The notes beneath the pieces were generated by a model. The model ran no database searches. It was not told the DNA's origin and saw only the letters and a program-made list of their open reading frames with translations. Below are positions 10,584-22,110 of a stretch of 64,000 nucleotides of DNA, piece after piece. The number at the start of each line of letters is the position of its first letter. Position 1 is the stretch's first letter. Source of the DNA: a virus; the IMG/VR virus record IMGVR_UViG_3300045988_122518; one strand, 5' to 3'. The position numbers and the translations under genes were made by a program.

Positions 10584-10898
10584 ATGGGTAGTCCATCTTT
10601 ATGTTATAAAAAGATTTTAAGGTCTTATATAGAATGGAATAGTTATTTAACTAAATATTAGAAACAATTTTCAAAGGAGTATTTACTTTCTTTAAACGAA
10701 GAAGAGTTAGAGTCTCTTGTAAAAAAATTTAATTAGAGTCATAAAGATTTTGCTTGCTTTGTAGCAGGTATTGTTACTTCAAATTTTTTAAATAATTGTT
10801 GTAATGATGAAGTTAATGCTTGTGTCGCAACTATCCCAATGTTATTTGAATTATTTGATATAGATGAACCCGAAGATGTTGATTTTAAAGAGGTATAA
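10584..10898 (+). CDS. hypothetical protein (two in-frame TAG: 10659, 10734)
   Basis: Frame 3 is open from ATG 10584 to TAA; the encoded sequence looks protein-like (NEEELESLVKKFN ... CCNDEVNACVAT). Confidence 0.35.
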
Positions 10899-10901
10899 AA
10901 T

Positions 10902-11180
10902 ATGGATTTAAAAGAAATGGTTGATAAAGCTCATAAATATGATAATAGTTTAGAATTTTTTGAAGAAAGAGAAAAACATACTAAAGGTTATATATATGAT
11001 AGTCTTTGTTATAGATATCAATTAGCCCGCTACAAAGCTATGAAGGAAGATATTGAAATGTATATTAATAGTAAAGGATATTCTAAAAGAAAAGCTGAAA
11101 ACATGGCTAGAGACCTTTATGAAAGAGATTGTATGCGTTTTTACCAAATTCTTAATGAAGCAATTGGAGAACATGATTAA
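10902..11180 (+). CDS. hypothetical protein
   Basis: Intact 92-aa ORF with RBS. Confidence 0.4.
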   Translation: MDLKEMVDKAHKYDNSLEFFEEREKHTKGYIYDSLCYRYQLARYKAMKEDIEMYINSKGYSKRKAENMARDLYERDCMRFYQILNEAIGEHD

Positions 11181-11401
11181 TGTGGATTTACTGGAAAGAA
11201 CAATGTAATTATTGTTCTAATTATGAAAATTGTTCTTATTATAATAAAGCTCAAGAATTAATTTCTAAATTAGATAATATAGATAGACATACAACAGGTG
11301 TTTATGGAACATTAAAATGGGCTTGTGATTATTTTATAGTTGATGAGAATAAATATTATAGATTAAACCCTGGAGACTGTGAAAATGGAATTAACTCGTA
11401 A
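11180..11401 (+). CDS. Cys-rich hypothetical protein
   Basis: Intact 73-aa ORF; start overlaps the upstream stop. Confidence 0.4.
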   Translation: MWIYWKEQCNYCSNYENCSYYNKAQELISKLDNIDRHTTGVYGTLKWACDYFIVDENKYYRLNPGDCENGINS

Positions 11402-12578
11402 ACAAGAAGAAGGATTAAAAATTGCGGTTGAGCGCTATTATGCCCATGAGCGTTGGACTTGTATAGCGGGATACGCGGGAAGCGGAAAGAGCACTTTGAT
11501 TAAATTTATTATTTCTGCTCTTGATGTTGATCCAGAAGAAGAAGTTTGTTATGTGGCATTTACAGGTAAAGCTGCGACTGTGCTTCAACAAAAAGGCTGT
11601 CCAAATGCGACAACCGCACATAAACTTTTATATAAAGCTAAAATGATGGCCAATGGAACTTTTAAATTTTTTCCAAAAGATAACAGTGAATTAGCCCAAT
11701 ATAAAGTAATTGTTGTCGATGAAGTATCAATGCTTCCTAAAAAGTTATGGGACTTAATGCTAACCCATGGTATTTATATTATTGCGGCCGGCGACCCAGG
11801 TCAATTACCTCCTGTAGATCCTAATGAAAATAATCATGTATTAGATAAACCACATATTTTTCTCGATGAAATTATGCGTCAAGCGCAAGATAGTGAGATT
11901 ATTCGTTTCTCAATGTGGATTAGAGAAGGTAAATCTTTAATTTCTTATCGTCCAGAAGGAAAACAAGTAAGAGTATATGATAAAAGTCAAGTTATACCTG
12001 AAATGTATGATTGGGCTGATTAGATCATTTGTGCTAAAAATGCCACAAGAACTAAAATTAATAATGTAGTCCGATTAAGAAAAGGATTTGATCCTAATGT
12101 CCCCCAAATTGGAGATAAAATTATTGGATTACATAATAACTGGGATTTCATGTCTGAGAACCGAGTATGGGCTTTAACTAATGGCACTGTTGGAACTATT
12201 GAAGATTTTTATACTGAAGACATTCGAGTCCCTTATTATATTTCAGAAGTTCCTATTACTTATATGTTTACTCAAATTGTTTTAAGTGATGGGGATAAAT
12301 TTTGTGGGACTCCAATTGATTATAAACAACTTATCACCGGTGAAGGGACTCTTACAGGTAGCCAATGCTATCAATTAAGAAATAATAAACAATGCCTCGA
12401 TCCTCCACTTGATTTCTCCTATGCTTACGCTATTACCTGTTGGAAAGCACAAGGTAGTGAGTATGGAAAAGTATTAGGATTTGAAGAAAATCATCCTTTT
12501 GATCGAGAAGAACATAAAAAATATTTATATACTATGGCTACTAGAGCCAGTGATAAATTAGTAATTATAAGGAAGTAA
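11379..12578 (+). CDS. SF1 Dda/RecD-like DNA helicase, 399 aa with one in-frame TAG (12021-12023)
   Basis: Walker A GYAGSGKST, Walker B VVDEVSM, motif III GDPGQLPPV in 11379-12023. After the TAG, motifs V and VI (AITCWKAQGSEYGKV, YTMATRASDKL) lie in the same frame (tracked ORF 12150-12578). Confidence 0.8.
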
Positions 12579-12579
12579 T

Positions 12580-12843
12580 ATGTTAAATACATCTAATTTA
12601 AATTCAAGTATTAATGCTATACTTGAAAATAATATGTTTCTTAAAGACGCGGATTTAGCTTAGGATTTAAATTCTAATTTAGAACTTTTTACCCATGACT
12701 TAAATGTAGAATTAAATACATTAAATTCTATGGTTTGTGATAATATGCATAAGATATCATCTCGGTCAAGGGAATTTGCTGATTTTTTAAAAGATATTCG
12801 TAGTATATGCGATAATTATATCTCTCGATTTGATTATTATTAA
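12580..12843 (+). CDS. hypothetical protein (one in-frame TAG at 12661)
   Basis: RBS AGGAAG then ATG 12580; frame 1 is open to TAA 12841-12843. Confidence 0.3.
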
Positions 12844-12858
12844 ATAATATGATATTAT
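12829..12858 (+). promoter_or_regulatory. promoter with extended -10 upstream of DNA polymerase (TTGATT, about 18 nt, TGATATTAT)
   Basis: Repeat of the 10545 motif. Confidence 0.35.
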
Positions 12859-12868
12859 ATAAATATAA

Positions 12869-15800
12869 ATGAAAGATGAAAGGAATGTGCGAATGAGATC
12901 ATATTTCGGGATTCACAATCATACAATGTATTCAAATTTACGTCTATTAGATTGTATTAATAGACCACAAGCTCTTATTGACAAAGCGATAGAATTAGGC
13001 CTATCAGGAATAACTATTACAGACCATGAATGCCTTTCTGCCCATATGGAAGTAAATCAATATGCAAAAAAAATAAGAGAAGAAAATCCTGATTTTACTA
13101 TTGCTCTTGGTAATGAAATTTATCTCACTGATACAAGAGATAATGGACAAAAATATTATCACTTTATTCTTATTGCTAAAGATGCCATTGGACATAAAGC
13201 GTTAAGAGAATTAAGTTCTATTGCTTGGATTCATAGTTATGTTGATAGACGTATGGAACGAGTTCCTACTTTAAAAAGTGAACTTGAAATGGTAATGGAA
13301 CAATATAAAGGGCATGTTATAGCAACAACTGCTTGTATTGGTGGAGAACTTGGGAGTTGTATTTTACCAATGTTCCAAGCTGAATTAAACAAAGATATTG
13401 AAACTCAAACTAAATATTATAATCAAATAATTGATTATATCAATTTTTGTATTAAAGTATTTGGAAAAGATGATTTTTATCTTGAATGTGCGCCATCTAC
13501 TGATGCTGAGCAAATAATTGTAAATCATAAAATTTATCAAATCGCTAAGGCATTTGATTTAAAAATGGTAGTTGGAACAGATGCACATTATTTAACTAAA
13601 GAAGATAGACCCATTCATAAAGCATATCTTACTTCTAAACCAGGAGAAAGAGAAGTTGACGATTTTTATAAATTTACTTACTTAATGACAAGTGATGAAA
13701 TTTTTGAATTAATGGAACCTTATGCTAATGATTGGGATAAAGATAATAAAACAGGAAAAGAATTGATAAATTGGATTCTTGATAACACTCAAGAGATCCA
13801 AAATAAAATTTCTTTTTATTCATTAGAAAGAAAACAAATTATTCCAAAAGTTGAAGTAAAGGATTATAAGAAAGGATTCATTCCTTCAAACTGGTTCGAT
13901 AAATATCCAATTATCTGTTCTTTAATTAATAGCGACAATATTCAAGAACGATATTGGGTAAATGAATGTATTAAAGCTTTACAAGAAAAGCAACTTTATG
14001 ATAATAAAAATTATTTAGAGCGACTTGAAATTGAAGCTGATATTATAAAAGACATTGGTGAAAAATTAGATGATTGTCTTTTTGCTTATTTTAATACTTT
14101 CCAACATTATATTAATTTATTTTGGGAATGTGGAAGTATTGTAGGTCCTGGACGTGGTTCAGCGACTGGCTTTTTATCTAATTATCTTTTAGGCATTACT
14201 CAATTAGACCCAATTCGTTGGGGACTTCCTTATTGGAGATTTTTAAATAAGGAGCGCGCGGAGTTGCCTGATATTGATATTGACCTTGCCCCAAGTAAGC
14301 GTCCCGCAATTTTCAAAGCAATTAGAAAAGAACGCGGAGAATTGGGATTGGTTCAAGTTGCTACATTTGGAACTGAAGGCACTAAACAAAGTATTTTAAC
14401 TGCTTGCCGTGGATATAGAAGTGAAGAATTTCCAGAAGGAATTGATGTTGATAATGCTCAATATATGTCTTCATTAATTCCTCAAGAGCGTGGATTTTTA
14501 TGGCCTATCCATGATGTTATTTATGGCAATGAGGAAAAAGATCGTAAACCCGTTCAAGCATTTATTCGAGAAGTAAATCAATATCCTGGTCTTTTGGATA
14601 TTATTGTATATATTGAAGGAATGGTTAATAAACGTTCTTCTCATGCTTCTGGCGTTATTTTATATGGCGACGATCCATTTGATACCGCATCATTTATGAG
14701 AACTCCTAGTGGAGATATGATTACTTGTTGGGATCTCCATAAGGCGGAAGCTGCTGGAGACACAAAATATGACTTCCTTGTAACTGAAGCTTCTGACAAA
14801 ATTATTACTTGTTATCAATTACTTTTAAAAGATAAACAAATTCCAGAATTATCTTTACGAGAATTTTATAATAAATATATTCATCCAGAAGTAATAGATA
14901 CAACTGATCAAGCAATTTGGGACCACCTCGCCGCCGGTGATGTATTAGATGTATTCCAATTTTCTACGGGAGTTGGTTTGGCAATTGCGAAACGCCTTAA
15001 ACCCCAAGACCCTATGGAAATGACGGCGGCCAATGCTATGATGCGTCTTATGTCTGAAAAAGGTAAAGAATCACAGCAAGATAGATATTACCGCATTCAA
15101 CATTCAGGTATTAAAGTATTTGATGATGAAATGAAAGCTCAGCGTCTTCCGCAAGAATTAATTGATAAGATGCATAAGCATTGTGATAAATATTATGGAT
15201 GTTGTCCTATCCAAGAGCAAATGATGGAAATCCTTATGGATGTAGCTCATTTTACTCTTGGTGAAGCTAATACTGCGCGTAAGATTGTTGCTAAAAAGCA
15301 AATGGCTAAAATTCCACAACTGAGAGAGCAAGTATTTAGTAAATTTGATAATGAAAAATCTGCTGAATACTTTTGGGAAATCGCAGTTGCTCCTCAATTA
15401 GGGTATGCATTTAGTCTTAATCATTCTCTTCCCTATTCATTTGTAGCAATTCAAATGATTTACTTAGTAATTCATTTTAATCCTATTTATTGGGATACTG
15501 CTTGCTTAATTGTTAATAGTGGTTCCCTTGAAGATAATAGTGAAGAAGAGATTGTCGATATTTATGCTCCTGAAGGCGATGATTTAGCTAATGGAGCAAC
15601 ATTTGAAGATCTTCCTGACAAAAGTGGCAAAATCCGCAAAACCGCGGCTACTGATTATGGAAAAATTGCCAAGGCTATTAGTGACATTCAAAAAGCAGGA
15701 ATTGAAGTAGGTCTTCCTGATATTAATAAATCTAAATTTGGATTTGCCCCTGATATTGAAAATAATAAAATCCTTTTTGGACTAAAAGGTATGCTAAATG

Positions 15801-16882
15801 TTGGTGATGAATTAGTTAATACAATCATTGCCAATCGTCCTTATTCAAATCCTAAAGAATTTTTATACCGTATTAAGCCAGGTAAACAAGCTATGATTTC
15901 TCTTATTAAAGGCGGAGCTTTTGATAATATGATGGATAGAAAAGAATTAATGATTTGGTATATTTGGGAAACTTGCGACAAAAAGAAAAGAATTACTCTT
16001 CAAAATATGGGCGGACTTATGAAGTATGATCTTCTTCCAGAAGAAAATGAAAATCAAATTATGGCTCGCCGTATTTATGAATTTAATAGATATTTAAAAG
16101 CAATTTGTAAAACTACAAAAAATAATGGTTTATATCAACTTGATGAACGAGCTATTAATTTCTTAGTAGAAATTGGAGAAGATAATAATATTCAATTTGA
16201 TGGAACTAATTATTCTTTAAGTGAAAATATTTGGAATGGTATATACCAAAAGTGGATGGATATATTTCGCACTTGGATTGCTAATAACAAAGATGAAATT
16301 TTGAATAATCTGAATATAAAAATATTTAAAGATGATTGGGATAAATATGCTAATAAAAATAATTTATCCGCTTGGGAAATGGAAGTTCTTTGTTATTATT
16401 ATCATACTCATGAATTAAATAATATTAACAATGATAAATACGGATTCGTAGATTTCTTTAAGCTTCCAGAAGACCCAATAATTGATAGAAGTTTTACTAA
16501 AGGAAATCACACTATTCATATTTATAAATTGTTTAAAATTTGCGGAACTTGTATAGCAAAAAATAAAACTAAAAGCACTGTAACTATCCTTACTACTACT
16601 GGTCCTGTAGAAGTAAAATTTAGAAAAGAATATTTTAGTTTGTTTGATAAACAAATTTCAGAGCGCGGTGCAGATGGAACCAAACATATTGTTGAAAAAT
16701 CTTGGTTTAATCGCGGAAATATGATTGTAGTCTCTGGAATCCGCAATGGAGATAATTTCATGTCAAAAAAATATGCTTCTTCTGGAGGGCATCAATTATA
16801 TAAAATTGATGAAATTTTATCCAATGGCGATTTAGTTTTAAAAGATGCTCGTTATCAAGGAGGAATTGAAGAAGATGTATAA
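12869..16882 (+). CDS. dnaE: DnaE-type DNA polymerase III alpha subunit (PHP domain plus polymerase core), 1337 aa with no TAG
   Basis: N-terminal PHP motif GIHNHTMYSNLRLLDCI ... ITDHECLS, then GSATGFLSNYLLGITQLDP and ELPDIDIDL catalytic-region motifs typical of Pol III alpha. Confidence 0.85.
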   Translation: MKDERNVRMRSYFGIHNHTMYSNLRLLDCINRPQALIDKAIELGLSGITITDHECLSAHMEVNQYAKKIREENPDFTIALGNEIYLTDTRDNGQKYYHFILIAKDAIGHKALRELSSIAWIHSYVDRRMERVPTLKSELEMVMEQYKGHVIATTACIGGELGSCILPMFQAELNKDIETQTKYYNQIIDYINFCIKVFGKDDFYLECAPSTDAEQIIVNHKIYQIAKAFDLKMVVGTDAHYLTKEDRPIHKAYLTSKPGEREVDDFYKFTYLMTSDEIFELMEPYANDWDKDNKTGKELINWILDNTQEIQNKISFYSLERKQIIPKVEVKDYKKGFIPSNWFDKYPIICSLINSDNIQERYWVNECIKALQEKQLYDNKNYLERLEIEADIIKDIGEKLDDCLFAYFNTFQHYINLFWECGSIVGPGRGSATGFLSNYLLGITQLDPIRWGLPYWRFLNKERAELPDIDIDLAPSKRPAIFKAIRKERGELGLVQVATFGTEGTKQSILTACRGYRSEEFPEGIDVDNAQYMSSLIPQERGFLWPIHDVIYGNEEKDRKPVQAFIREVNQYPGLLDIIVYIEGMVNKRSSHASGVILYGDDPFDTASFMRTPSGDMITCWDLHKAEAAGDTKYDFLVTEASDKIITCYQLLLKDKQIPELSLREFYNKYIHPEVIDTTDQAIWDHLAAGDVLDVFQFSTGVGLAIAKRLKPQDPMEMTAANAMMRLMSEKGKESQQDRYYRIQHSGIKVFDDEMKAQRLPQELIDKMHKHCDKYYGCCPIQEQMMEILMDVAHFTLGEANTARKIVAKKQMAKIPQLREQVFSKFDNEKSAEYFWEIAVAPQLGYAFSLNHSLPYSFVAIQMIYLVIHFNPIYWDTACLIVNSGSLEDNSEEEIVDIYAPEGDDLANGATFEDLPDKSGKIRKTAATDYGKIAKAISDIQKAGIEVGLPDINKSKFGFAPDIENNKILFGLKGMLNVGDELVNTIIANRPYSNPKEFLYRIKPGKQAMISLIKGGAFDNMMDRKELMIWYIWETCDKKKRITLQNMGGLMKYDLLPEENENQIMARRIYEFNRYLKAICKTTKNNGLYQLDERAINFLVEIGEDNNIQFDGTNYSLSENIWNGIYQKWMDIFRTWIANNKDEILNNLNIKIFKDDWDKYANKNNLSAWEMEVLCYYYHTHELNNINNDKYGFVDFFKLPEDPIIDRSFTKGNHTIHIYKLFKICGTCIAKNKTKSTVTILTTTGPVEVKFRKEYFSLFDKQISERGADGTKHIVEKSWFNRGNMIVVSGIRNGDNFMSKKYASSGGHQLYKIDEILSNGDLVLKDARYQGGIEEDV

Positions 16883-17449
16883 AATTATTGCATTATGTGG
16901 AAAATCTGGTGCGGGAAAAGATAGCCTAATGATGGCTACCTTTTCCCATTTAGAGGAATATTTAAATCCTATTATAAGCCACACTACACGCCCGAAGCGT
17001 GAAAAAGAAATAGCAGACAAAAATTATCATTTTGTTTCAGATGACTAGTTTTTAACTTTAATTGATGAAAATAAAATGTTAGAAACCACTTCTTTTAATA
17101 ATTGGTATTATGGCACAAGTATTGACAGTTTGTCTGATAGTAAAGTTAATATTGGTGTTTTTAATCCCGAAGGAATTATAAGTCTTCTTAAAGATGATAG
17201 AATTGAATTGGAGATATATTATATCACCGCTAAAGGAAAGACACGCTTAATTAGGCAATTAAATAGAGAAAAAAATCCTGATGTAAATGAAATCATTAGA
17301 AGATATACTACTGATGAAATTCAATTTTAGCTAATGAATGATATTAAGTGCAATATTGTGACAAATGAAACATTAGAAGATTATAATAATATTGTTAATC
17401 TTTTAACTCAAAAAGTTAAGCAATGGGCGGAAATGGACCAAGATAAATA
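16875..17449 (+). CDS. gmk: guanylate kinase-like nucleoside monophosphate kinase with two in-frame TAG (17046, 17328)
   Basis: P-loop ALCGKSGAGKDSL, then ISHTTRPKREKE ... YHFVSDD-TAG-F ... YGTS. The TAG falls where Gmk homologues have Glu/Gln (S-x-E/Q-E-F). Tracked fragments 16845-17048 and 17076-17330 are in the same frame. ATG 16875 overlaps the polymerase end. Confidence 0.65.
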
Positions 17450-17469
17450 ATTATTTACTAACAAAACCT

Positions 17470-17507
17470 AAATATAGTAGAATATTCTAAAAGAACTACT
17501 ATATTTA
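17470..17507 (+). terminator. hairpin (11-bp stem AAATATAGTAG / CTACTATATTT), possible terminator/attenuator between gmk and nrdD
   Basis: Perfect inverted repeat with a 16-nt loop; the 3' tail is only modestly U-rich. Confidence 0.3.
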
Positions 17508-17525
17508 GTTTGGAGGCAAAAAAAA

Positions 17526-19847
17526 TTGTATATTATTAAACGTGATGGAAGTATAACTCAATTTAATAAAAAGAAAATTATTAATGCAATAAATAAAGCA
17601 TTTATTGAAGTTGATGGTAAACTATATGAAGATGATACCGCAAAAGATATTGCGGAAGACATTGAAAGACAAATAAATCATTTCCCTGATGGAAGTGTCG
17701 GAGTAGAAGATCTTCAAGATTGGATTGAAGATTATTTAATGCGTTCTGAGCGACGCGATGTTGCTCGTGCTTATATCAGATATAGATATAAAAAAGAAGT
17801 TGCTCGTAATAAAAAAGATGATTTTATTAAAGCAATTCGTGAAAAGCTCGATGGTAATAACGTAAAAAATCAAAATGCTAATGTTGATGAACATTCATTC
17901 GGTGGTCGTATAGGTGAAGCAAGTGGTGTTGTCACCAAACAACTTGCACTTGATTACTTACTTTCCCCTATGGCTCGTAAGAATCATATTGATAATATGA
18001 TATATACTCATGACCTTGATTCTTATTATGTTGGTTCTCATAATTGTTTAAGTATTCCCTTTGATAATTTACTCGCTAATGGATTTAATACTCGTCAAGC
18101 TGATGTTCGTCCTGCGGGTTCAATTAATACAGCATTTCAATTAATTGCTGTTATTTTTCAAATCCAAAGTCTTTGTTAGTTTGGCGGAGTTAGTGCCACT
18201 CACTTAGATTGGACTATGGTTCCTTATGTAAGAAAATCTTTTTGGAAGCATTTTAAAGATGGAGTTAAATACTTATATAGTCTTAATGATTATAACTATA
18301 TTGTTAATAATGTATTAGGAGATTTAGACACATCAAAAATGCCTATTCAATCATACCGAAATGCCACAACAAAAACTGAAGAAGAAAATGCAGTTAGTTA
18401 TTTATTAGCTTTTGAAACTTATAAAAAGGCTTATGATTATGCCTATGATATGACTGTCCGTGAGACTCATCAAGCTGCAGAAGGTCTTTACCATAATCTT
18501 AATACTTTACAGTCTCGTAGCGGTAACCAATTACCATTTACGAGTATTAATTATGGCACTTGCGCCTTACCAGAAGGTAGAATGGTAACCAAAGCATTAT
18601 TAGATGTCTCCATTGAAGGTCTTGGTAAATTGCATAAAACTTCAATTTTCCCTTGTGGAATTTTCCAATGTATGAAAGGTGTTAACCGCAAACCTGGTGA
18701 TCTTAACTATGATTTATATAGATTAGCATTAGAAAGCACCGCGAGACGCCTTTATCCTAATTATGCAAATGTTGATTGGTCTGGTAATGCGGGATATGAT
18801 ATTAATGATCCTCGCACTTATTTTTCTACAATGGGATGTAGAACTGCAAATGGTTGGGATATTAATGGATTCGGTCAACTTAAAGATGGACGTGGAAATA
18901 TTTGTCCTGTTACTATTATCCTTCCTACTCTTGCGATGATGGCCGTTACTCTAAATGAAAATGATAATTGGGATGATTATAAGTCATTGTCTCAAGAAGA
19001 ACGGACTAAAATTGGCGTAGAACGATTTATGTCTTTACTCGATAGAAAAATCAATGAAGCACGTATTCAATTAATGGAGCGTTTTGAGTGGATTTGTTCT
19101 CAAGATCCTGGATCCGCGAGATTTATGTATGAAAATAATGTTATGGCAGGTTATATTCCAGAAGAAGGAATTCGTTCTGCTCTTAAACATGGAACTCTTG
19201 CTATTGGTCAGTTAGGTTTGGCTGAAACTCTTCAAATTCTTATCGGTAAAGATCACACCACTTCAGAAGGAATGGAATTAGCTAAACGAATTGAACAATT
19301 ATTTAAAGATAGATGTGCCGAGTATAAAGAAAAATATAAATTAAATTTTGGTGTATACTATACCCCAGCAGAAAATCTTTGTTATACAGCTATGACGAAA
19401 TTTAAAGAAAGGTATGGAATTATCCCTAATGTTAGTGATAAAGAGTTTTTTACCAATAGTATTCACGTTCCAGTGTGGAAAGAAATGAGTCCATTTGAAA
19501 AAATTGATATTGAATCTGAATTAACTGGTTATTCATCCGCAGGATGTATTACTTATGTTGAACTTGATTCTACTGTAAAACATAATATTGATGCTCTTGA
19601 AACTATCGTTAATTATGCGATGGATCACGATATTCCTTATTTCGCAGTAAATGTTCCTAATGACACTTGCCTTGAATGTGGTTATTGTGATGAATTTAAT
19701 GATTCTTGCCCTGAGTGCGGAAGCCACAATATTCAACAATTACGTCGTGTGACCGGTTATCTTACAGGTAATTATAAAACTGCTTTTAACTGGGGTAAAC
19801 AAAAAGAAGTTGAAGCAAGAGTAAAGCATACAGGAATATTAGAATGA
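17526..19847 (+). CDS. nrdD: anaerobic (class III) ribonucleoside-triphosphate reductase NrdD, 773 aa with one in-frame TAG (18177-18179)
   Basis: N-terminal ATP-cone (IIKRDGSITQFNKKKIINAINKAF); C-terminal zinc ribbon CLECGYC ... CPECGS and glycyl-radical motif RRVTGYL. Tracked ORFs 17526-18179 and 18216-19847 share a frame and are joined through TAG. Confidence 0.85.
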
Positions 19848-19859
19848 TGAGGTTATAGA

Positions 19860-20537
19860 ATGAATTATTCTAAAAAACCTTTAAAAAAGCATTAGAAAAT
19901 AAAACATAAATTAGAAAAAGCTACTGAAATATTAAATAAAAAAATTGATTCGGAATTAGAAGCAATTATAAAAACAATATTTTCTTGGATAGCTAATGAT
20001 GAAAAAATTAATACAGAAGAACATCAAACTATTCTAATAAATTTATTTTATAAGGCTTTAGAAAATCTTTATTCAGAGATTAATATAGAATTAGGGAAAA
20101 TTTACACAAAAGTAGCTCCATTTAATTTGCAGAATATCGCAAATTTAACTTTTCAAGAAGATGGAAAAACATTAGATGAGCGAATTATTAAATATTTAGA
20201 TGGCTTAGAAGAAAAAAGATTATCTGGTGATTTTCCAGATAATTTAAAAAGTTTTAGCGTTAATATGTATTCTCGTCTATTAAATAATGAAAGTAAATAT
20301 TTATTCACTTATTTAATGGAAATGAAAATAAGACCCGTAGCTTCAATACTCGTAATTGAATCAGGGACTTGCGGTGATCTATGCAGTGAATGGGATGGAG
20401 AGTATCCAGCAGGAGAAGATATTCCTCTTCCTCCTTACCATACTAATTGTTAGTGTTCTGCTTATTATATTGAAACTGATGATGAAGATGACGTTAATGA
20501 TTTAGATTTAGAAGTGGAGGAAATAAAGGATATATGA
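19860..20537 (+). CDS. hypothetical protein (two in-frame TAG: 19893, 20451)
   Basis: ATG 19860 is in frame with tracked ORF 20127-20453 and ends at TGA 20535-20537. Confidence 0.4.
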
Positions 20538-21028
20538 AATATGCAGGAATTATAAAGAATGATTTGGCGGCGGCACCCGGAGTATGTGTATCATTTTTTA
20601 CACAAGGGTGTCCGCACCATTGTGAAGGATGTCAAAACCCCGAAACGTGGGATTTTAATGGTGGTAAAGAATTTACTAATAAAGTATTAGATGAATTAAT
20701 TACTGCTATTAATGCAAATAATGTTGAGCGTAATCTTTGTATTATGGGTGGAGAACCTCTCTGCCCTGAAAATGAATTTTTAACTAATTTAGTTATTACT
20801 GAAATTAAAAAAATATATCCAAACATTAAAATATATATATGGACTGGATATATTTATGATGATTTAAAGAATAGTAATAATATTAGAATTAAGAATATAT
20901 TAAAAACCGCTGATTACCTAATTGATGGACCATATATCCAAAAGGAAAGAGATATCACTCTGCCTTTGCGCGGTTCCCGCAATTAGAACATTATTAATTT
21001 AAAACTTGACAAAAAAGAAAATTTGTGA
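20534..21028 (+). CDS. nrdG: anaerobic RNR activating radical-SAM protein NrdG; the nominal end at TAG 20984 extends to TGA 21026-21028 if TAG is sense
   Basis: CxxxCxxC-type cluster motif GCPHHCEGCQN near the N-terminus; size typical for NrdG; sits directly downstream of nrdD. Confidence 0.75.
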
Positions 21029-21040
21029 TATAATTTTTCT
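21007..21040 (+). promoter_or_regulatory. near-consensus sigma70 promoter (TTGACA, 17 nt, TGATATAAT)
   Basis: Consensus -35, 17-nt spacer and extended -10, immediately upstream of the 21068 gene. Confidence 0.5.
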
Positions 21041-21067
21041 ATGAAATAGATAGGAGATTATATAACA

Positions 21068-21601
21068 ATGAATGTTTTTTATACTAATACGATGGGAGAA
21101 TTATATAATTCTCCTCGTAAATTCAAAGAAGGAACTATTGCCATTTCTGGCGAGGATCAGAAACAATATTATTACACTGGAAATGAATGGGTAATGATAG
21201 GAACTACTACTAATAATTTGTCAGATAATTCTACTACATTTCAAACTGGAATGAATTTATATGATTTTAATAAAAATATTATGATACAAATGGATCCAAT
21301 TAATGAAGAAGAATTAAATAAATTAATGAGTAGTATTAACGAAATAAGTGAATATGGAATGTATTATATGTTATTATGTAAAGATTATAATTATTATACC
21401 ATTTTTCACAAAAATATTCCTCCAATTATTTCAACTGGTTCTTTGGCGAGTATGGTAATTATACTTTGTCAAGAATTGGGAAGTATTGTTGGTTGGGAAA
21501 AAAATAATAATGGCGCTATTGAGATTTGGATAAATATTGATAATGAATCTTATTGTTTTTATTTATTCCAATATGATGCTGGTATTGTGGAGTGTAATTA
21601 A
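21068..21601 (+). CDS. hypothetical protein
   Basis: Intact 177-aa ORF with RBS GGAG. Confidence 0.4.
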   Translation: MNVFYTNTMGELYNSPRKFKEGTIAISGEDQKQYYYTGNEWVMIGTTTNNLSDNSTTFQTGMNLYDFNKNIMIQMDPINEEELNKLMSSINEISEYGMYYMLLCKDYNYYTIFHKNIPPIISTGSLASMVIILCQELGSIVGWEKNNNGAIEIWINIDNESYCFYLFQYDAGIVECN

Positions 21602-21862
21602 ATGATTGTTTGTAATATTAATTTATTTTCAATGGAACAAAATGTTTTTAAAACTTATGATGATGGAATGGCAGTAACTATTGGAACTTGTAGTATTTCT
21701 GATCTTCCAAATGTTTTAGTAGCATCTTGTTATAAGAACGATACTGATACTATACGTTTATATGGCATTGAAGATTTTATTAATGAATTAATTCCAAAAA
21801 TTTATGAAAGTAATAGTTTAAATTATTCCAATAGAAAAGAAATTAAAGTTGAGGTAGGTTAA
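21602..21862 (+). CDS. hypothetical protein
   Basis: Intact 86-aa ORF, translationally coupled to the upstream gene. Confidence 0.35.
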   Translation: MIVCNINLFSMEQNVFKTYDDGMAVTIGTCSISDLPNVLVASCYKNDTDTIRLYGIEDFINELIPKIYESNSLNYSNRKEIKVEVG

Positions 21863-22110
21863 TGAATAAGTATCTTGTAAGTGCTACGGAAGTTTATCGC
21901 GTAGATAATGAGGAAAGTGCGGCCGCGCTTATTGATGAGGCTAAGGCTGAAACTAAATATATTTTAGCTAAGTATAGTTCAGTAAAGAAAGAAAAAAAGG
22001 CTAAGGGTGAAATTGTCGATGAATGGTATCAAGTCACTCTTGTTAAGAAATTCAATGATGAAAAAGATCCTATTAGTAATATTGATGTAAATTATGAGGT
22101 AAACTTTTAA
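21862..22110 (+). CDS. hypothetical protein
   Basis: Intact 82-aa ORF whose start overlaps the upstream stop. Confidence 0.35.
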   Translation: MNKYLVSATEVYRVDNEESAAALIDEAKAETKYILAKYSSVKKEKKAKGEIVDEWYQVTLVKKFNDEKDPISNIDVNYEVNF

